Assembly: GCA_044892525.1 (NCBI GenBank) | Contig: CM097885.1 | Coordinates: forward strand, 49,724,001-49,788,000 | Direction of reading: 5' to 3' | DNA: 64,000 nucleotides | Origin: Schmidtea polychroa | Taxonomy: Eukaryota | The notes under the pieces: generated by a model | Databases searched by the model: none | Seen by the model: only the letters and a program-made list of their open reading frames with translations | Told to the model about the DNA's origin: nothing | Shown: piece by piece, positions 62,101-64,000 of the stretch | Layout of the letters: every line of letters starts with the position of its first letter | Position numbering within the stretch: the first letter of the stretch is position 1 | Translations under genes and position numbers: made by a program

Positions 62101-64000
62101 CTTCTCAATTATCAACAATTTTGGAAAATTTGCCATCTTCTAACAATATAATATTTCATGTTAGGGCAGTTAATAAAGCTGGCCCCAGTGAATATTCCAA
62201 ACCATCAAAACCCATTAAATTGGACAAAGGNNNNNNNNNNNNNNNNNNNNNNNNNNNNNNNNNNNNNNNNNNNNNNNNNNNNNNNNNNNNNNNNNNNNNN
62301 NNNNNNNNNNNNNNNNNNNNNNNNNNNNNNNNNNNNNNNNNNNNNNNNNNNNNNNNNNNNNNNNNNNNNNNNNNNNNNNNNNNNNNNNNNNNNNNNNNNN
62401 NNNNNNNNNNNNNNNNNNNNNNNNNNNNNNNNNNNNNNNNNNNNNNNNNNNNGAATTTATCGAAGAACCGAAAAATATTGTTTGTGAAGAAATTCCGGAA
62501 ACCATAACCTTTATTGCCGAACTTTCTCGTAAAAGTGATGATGTTAAATGGTTTAAAGGTTCTAAGAGAATATTTCCTAATAAAACAAAATTTTTATTAA
62601 CAAATGAAAATGAAAGACAACCAAAATTGGAAATAATCAAAGTAGTTCCAGAAGATATTGGCAAATATAGAATTACGGTAGAGAATTTGGAAGCAGCGGC
62701 TAATTTTGATTTAAGAGGTTTTATATAATATTTTTAATTTTTGTAAAAATAAAAATAATATTAATTTTAGTACCTCCTTCATTCATTTTATCCACTGATT
62801 TCGCAAAAACATTTGTTGTACCGATTGGATCTAACAAAACTATCTCCTTACCATTTAAAGCTTGGCCTACACCGAAAGTTAACTGGACATGTATCAGTCC
62901 AATTCAGATACCAGATAAAATGCGTTTCAGAACGAACATTAAAGAAAGTACCATTGATTTGCAAATGAATAAGTTACAAAGATTAGACTCTGGAGTTTAT
63001 GAAATCATAATAGAAAATGATTATGGTATTGCAAAATTGGAGTTAACTTTAACTGTGATAGATGTACCTGGGCCTGTGGAGGAATTGGAATACGAATTGC
63101 CTGAACAACCATCAGATGTAAAATTGAAGTGGCTAGAACCGAAAGACAATGGAGGCAGCCCAGTACTAAATTATTTATTTTCTATTGAAGAAGCCGCCCG
63201 ACTATCTACACCTATCAAAAACTCTAAATCTGTTTCTGCAAATGATGTATTAATTCCTGGATTAAAACCTGATACTGCATACACTGTTTCTGTTCAAGCC
63301 GTGAACAGTGTTGGAGTTGGTAAGTTAAATACGATAAAGTTTCAAACTAAAAAGAAAATTCAATTAAATGTCCCTGACCAACCAACTGATTTGACTATCA
63401 CAGTAACGAGTCCGAAAAGTATATCACTAAATTGGCAGGTACCAAAATATGATGGAGGATCTCCGATTTTAAGTTATATTGTTGAAAAACGACCTAAAAC
63501 ATCTCTCCTCATGAAATGGGTTCCTGTAATAACTGATAATGTTTCAAATACAAATTGTGTGATAGAAAATCTGAAAAGTGACGAGTATTCGTTTAGAGTG
63601 TCGGCTGAAAACAAAATTGGAACAAGTCGACCTTCTTCTATTGCTAGTGTTAAAATTGATACCGTAAATGACTTACCAGACAAACCGGGAAAACCATATC
63701 TTGAAAAGTCTATTGAAGGAATAATTCTTAAATGGGAAGCGCCAAAATATTTAGGAAAACCTCCATTTATTGGTTATAATATCGAGAAGAGTTGTAAAGC
63801 TAATAATAAATGGACAGCTATTAATGATACCCCTTGCGTTGAGGAGTATTACCCGGTTTCTTTAATTGTTGATAACGACGAAATATTTAGAATTGTTGCA
63901 CTGAACAAGTATGGTACAAGTTTGCCATCTGATATTTCCGACAAACCAAATATTACTCGGTCCGTTACATTTGTCAAAGAATTGGAAAATATCTACATCA
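1217..64000 (+). CDS. Giant multi-exon titin/connectin-like (sallimus/zormin-type) sarcomeric protein gene; 3' end outside the window
   Basis: Hand-spliced exons with GT-AG boundaries and matching phases join the + strand ORF fragments into spectrin-like, Ig (I-set signatures such as G.P.P.V.W and D.G.Y.C.A.N..G), repeat and Fn3 segments. Roughly 33 Ig and 7 Fn3 domains counted by eye. Continuity across N-gaps is inferred. Confidence 0.9.
4136..4453. mobile_element. piggyBac-type MITE
   Basis: TTAA at 4132-4135 and 4454-4457; 13-bp TIR ccaattgcgctat / atagcgcaagtgg with 1 mismatch. Confidence 0.8.
5032..5833. mobile_element. hAT-type MITE (CAGTGGCGTA ends), composite
   Basis: Perfect 8-bp TSD catgtaaa (5024-5031, 5834-5841); TIR cagtggcgtagct / agctaagtcactc; additional hAT left ends inside at 5181 and 5271. 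Confidence 0.8.
7521..7907. mobile_element. hAT (Charlie/Buster-like) MITE
   Basis: TIR caggggttcccaacc / ggttgggaatcactg; 8-bp TSD atataaaa / atttaaaa. Confidence 0.85.
9961..22957 (+). CDS. First Ig-domain cluster (~6 I-set Ig) of the titin-like gene, split by a 9.2-kb TE-filled intron
   Basis: Motifs APRFIRPL..PEVEWFKDG..DDSAVYSC, PQVSWFRNG, EDSGEYKC and KPTPHVTWYKNG. Exon ending 11873 (…RPTCQ) joins exon 21057-21277 (INKNDNVHSLII…) to complete one Ig domain; the next exon starts at 22366. Confidence 0.88.
12133..12457. mobile_element. hAT-type MITE (spans an N-gap)
   Basis: TIR caggcgcgtacgcagg / cctgcgtacgcgcatg; perfect 8-bp TSD tctgaaag (12125-12132, 12458-12465). Confidence 0.85.
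12978..13092 (-). repeat. 3' LTR (115 bp)
   Basis: Identical to 17428-17542; immediately preceded on the - strand by the PPT. Confidence 0.95.
13093..13102 (-). promoter_or_regulatory. Polypurine tract AGAAGGGGAG
   Basis: Lies between the pol stop (13103-13105) and the 3' LTR. Confidence 0.85.
13103..16267 (-). CDS. pol: Pol polyprotein: protease-RT-RNase H-integrase (gypsy order)
   Basis: LWDSGAS, YLDD, TDAS..AIGAV, HTEMCH..CEIC zinc finger, IDVAH…SDRG…NGLVER and YEGPF. The frame is open from 16267; the first ATG is at 16183. Confidence 0.96.
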   Translation of the reverse strand, partial: TKKQGRSHCFHFVSGVDTIISRKKRNEDMMQKMYETTDRRKWSKIVINMTAIDMLWDSGASVSVMSEKSWTKIGKPRLKQSTISLCGVFSTGMERPLGAMTIEADWNGKKRIINVIVVKDIRPDFIGGVDTMERFGIRLVEVDNIEASQVGRTYVDSQREEKALLMLGDRKNEQLDILLRKFKGIFMASTFDLGFTKVVQHEMNIVGGPVMLQPRRQPMHLEQKLDELVTDLLEARVIRKCKSAWNAPLVIGAKKDGSIRMCVDYRGLIAITEKISFPMPDTRFLLDCLADSKYFTSIDLGQAYYQVGMAKEIQEVTAFSTRQGQFCFNRLPFGLATAPATFQRIMHSMLDGILFKGVVVYLDDILVYGKDKEEHNNRLEEVFRRIQLAGLRINPEKCNLYKEELTFLGHTVSASGIKTNDKKIKEIQDAEIPVCAKQLRSFLGMTNYYRKFIKDYAKIAEPLHAATSGCEKKINWSEDCNNSFELLKTKLCEAPILDYPKMDRNFILDTDASFGAIGAVLCQAKEDGTEVVIAYGSRHLTAHEKGYCVTRKELLAIHEYVMYFKQYLYGKSFVVRTDHKALVFMRYTKKPISPQFQTWLANLSGYDFDLQYRKGEEHGNADGISRIKGMLCAQCQTRHEDAKEEKARVRHISSLQKTESMTKLLEKQQDDVDFIHMTRVLQGEEEINDLNKKKFPFNSHNNIKLEDGFLLLEKNGKDVILVPIDYSNTLVKGIHTEMCHIGVKKLISYMSNIFFWPNMQETIQNCLRVCEICCRRKIVQEKTKERLLPIISSDFLEQLVIDVAHMKNGGVYKYMLVIIDRFSKMVSLTALERQDERSIFKAILEKWIYRFGKPPNCLSDRGKNFDSGFMKTNLGRLGITHQFSSPYQHQSNGLVERTIRTVRDLLATSLAGGLGERNWAELLPRVEFCINVTQQSATGFSPFEIVFGRKINLHSTLPQTTLDTVEIHRLVRENSEKAAKRMKEMETEKRTNRCFTVGEKVLVRKEPQNRDKDGLQYEGPFVISKFLSEHQVELSDGTTKKLRRIKWLKRWAVP
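16210..17457 (-). CDS. gag: Gag with two CCHC zinc knuckles, interrupted by one in-frame TAA at 16579-16581
   Basis: ORFs 16579-17457 and 16210-16524 are in the same frame; knuckles CFCCGEKGHRRFEC and CLICGKEGHGFRDC. Confidence 0.88.
17411..17428 (-). promoter_or_regulatory. Primer-binding site TGGCGACCACGCCAAGGA (possibly tRNA-Arg(UCG)-type)
   Basis: Starts with TGG at the 5' LTR edge and is complementary to a tRNA 3' end ...CGUGGUCGCCA; the tRNA identity is inferred. Confidence 0.7.
17428..17542 (-). repeat. 5' LTR (115 bp)
   Basis: Identical to 12978-13092; termini AGTTAT…ATAACT. Confidence 0.95.
17739..19575 (+). pseudogene. hAT transposase pseudogene
   Basis: BED finger (WKYF..KCLKC..LIRHLQHVH), LDEWTS, TTDGAAVM, CYNH, CKTRWN and C-terminal QPSSVESERVFS..LDCLCF, spread over frames broken by stops and frameshifts. 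Confidence 0.92.
20690..20895 (+). mobile_element. Possible Helitron/Helentron-derived relic
   Basis: aaatttcagctcaatccgatca…cagacatgcagaca…aaagttatatag resembles 3' ends of non-autonomous Helitron families as I recall them; weak. Confidence 0.3.
23236..28884 (+). CDS. 5,649-bp phase 0-0 exon encoding 39-aa tandem repeats plus a unique Ser/Thr-rich segment
   Basis: Acceptor tctgtag at 23235 and donor gtaaat at 28885; 1883 open codons, matching the 1916-aa ORF. Confidence 0.88.
23287..27200 (+). repeat. Coding tandem array of 117-bp/39-aa units (~33 copies; the core 20 near-identical)
   Basis: Consensus (E/Q)ITPMVKQSQFLSQASTDLYHHPDVLSGYDSDKEVMNPL; period confirmed by unit starts at 23515 and 27142. 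Confidence 0.97.
29323..29564. mobile_element. piggyBac MITE
   Basis: TTAA on both sides; 14-bp TIR (t/c)cctttccagccca. Confidence 0.88.
29570..30095 (+). pseudogene. Penelope-like retroelement relic (post-RT segment)
   Basis: Translation CSEEKENYKQQLNFNKILHRNGYQ…YFYLNIPFISD resembles the PLE motif ICS…L..NGYP…LPY. Confidence 0.6.
30150..48949 (+). CDS. Second Ig-domain cluster (~20 Ig) of the titin-like gene, many short exons plus one 2.55-kb exon (44361-46910)
   Basis: In-phase junctions checked by hand, e.g. 30359/30415, 42927/44361 (…KSTE|LTCQVVGSPKP) and 46910/48720 (…GETLN|LECCYESD); canonical Ig I-set motifs throughout. Confidence 0.88.
31332..31595. mobile_element. hAT (Charlie-like) MITE
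   Basis: TIR cagtgcttctc(a/g)aa; perfect TSD ctttaaac (31324-31331, 31596-31603). Confidence 0.9.
31604..32362 (+). pseudogene. Buster/Charlie-group hAT transposase relic with right end
   Basis: SKGKILKQFWNLMRGIKHFL…, QLEIIELQ and FWSTYA fragments; right end ggctgaacaacactg followed by ctctagaa. Confidence 0.6.
32516..32740. mobile_element. MULE-type MITE
   Basis: Perfect 9-bp TSD aaaaccaat (32507-32515, 32741-32749); TIR core cgtcaaaatagcc. Confidence 0.75.
36265..36519. mobile_element. Foldback/MITE-like element with ~55-bp inverted repeats
   Basis: 36265-36320 is the near reverse complement of 36464-36519; TSD unclear. Confidence 0.6.
38397..38646. mobile_element. Tc1/pogo(Tigger)-type MITE
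   Basis: TA TSD; TIR cacccatacctcg / cgaggtatgggtg. Confidence 0.88.
38700..38779. repeat. (TA)n followed by (TG)n microsatellite
   Basis: Direct read. Confidence 0.97.
40805..41006. mobile_element. piggyBac-type MITE
   Basis: TTAA on both sides; 14-bp TIR ccgtttgc(g/a)gacgg. Confidence 0.88.
41038..41098. repeat. (TA)n microsatellite
   Basis: Direct read. Confidence 0.97.
41804..42091. mobile_element. hAT (Charlie-like) MITE
   Basis: TIR cagtgtttctca; TSD ctctaagc / gtctaaac. Confidence 0.82.
43266..43510. mobile_element. hAT (Charlie-like) MITE
   Basis: TIR caggagttcttaacct / aggttaagaaccactg; TSD gcctagaa / gtctagaa. Confidence 0.85.
47499..47635. repeat. ~137-bp hairpin repeat (46-bp arms), member of a family dispersed in this window
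   Basis: Arms …ttgaagactataaatcagtaatatatcgat / atcgatatattactgatttatagtcttcaa…; related sequence at ~40180-40350, 47655-47800, 29100-29130 and (reverse) 38650-38697. Confidence 0.75.
48131..48394. mobile_element. Degenerate hAT (Charlie-like) MITE
   Basis: Ends caacaatactcagcc / ggttgagtatggtta, with ctctaa-containing flanks and internal gcgggccgc/gcggccc motifs. Confidence 0.6.
48994..58889 (+). CDS. 9.9-kb exon: one Ig domain, then a ~3,000-aa Glu/Ile/Val/Lys-rich (PEVK-like but Pro-poor) elastic region
   Basis: Acceptor tcgtag at 48993 and donor gtcaat at 58890; corresponds to the 3291-aa ORF. Confidence 0.9.
50205..51560 (+). repeat. Degenerate 41-aa (123-bp) coding repeat, ~11 units
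   Basis: EQxEH(L/I)EE-type motif at 50328, 50457, 50580, 50703, 50826, 50949, 51072, 51195, 51315 and 51438, with a weaker copy at 50205. Confidence 0.8.
51918..54237 (+). repeat. 558-bp/186-aa coding tandem repeat, 4 near-identical copies plus a partial; degenerate copies continue to ~57750
   Basis: Unit starts at 51918, 52476, 53034, 53592 and 54150; the EES(V/I)EDSFEIEMEL..VEADF motif recurs downstream. Confidence 0.97.
58936..64000 (+). CDS. Ig/Fn3 region of the titin-like gene (Ig,Ig,[gap],Fn3,Ig,Ig,Fn3x3,[gap],Ig,Ig,Fn3x3,Ig...)
   Basis: Exons 58936-59101, 59160-59756, ~60281-60632, 60684-60953, 61000-62230, 62453-62717 and 62771-64000. The last is open to the window end and absent from the ORF track. 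Fn3 motifs include W.PP..DGGS.I..Y.VEK and Y.FRV.A.N..G.S. Confidence 0.88.

Noticed and set aside
2648-62664. ORFs containing long X runs
   Set aside because: Artefacts of translating N-gaps.

Overview
AT-rich eukaryotic (invertebrate animal) genomic DNA from a gapped scaffold, with 9 N-runs. The 40-60 bp GT-AG introns and the composition would fit a flatworm-like genome, but I cannot determine the taxon. Almost the whole window is the 5' ~63 kb of one + strand giant sarcomeric titin/connectin (sallimus/zormin-like) gene. It starts at ATG 1217 and is still open at 64000. Its order is: CCDC141/zormin-like spectrin-type N-terminus; ~6 Ig domains; a 5.65-kb exon of novel 39-aa repeats; ~20 Ig domains; a 9.9-kb Glu-rich exon with 41-aa and 186-aa repeats; then an Ig-Ig-Fn3-Fn3-Fn3 array. 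By hand-summing exons I estimate >10,000 aa encoded within the window. Most introns are minimal, but several are swollen with transposons. A 9.2-kb intron (11874-21056) holds a three-level nest: a hAT MITE containing a decayed hAT transposase element containing a compact 4.6-kb Ty3/gypsy element. The gypsy has identical 115-bp AGTTAT...ATAACT LTRs and a candidate -1 frameshift signal. About a dozen further hAT, piggyBac, Tc1/pogo and MULE MITEs, a Penelope-like relic and a Buster-like relic lie in other introns. No rRNA, tRNA or CRISPR found.
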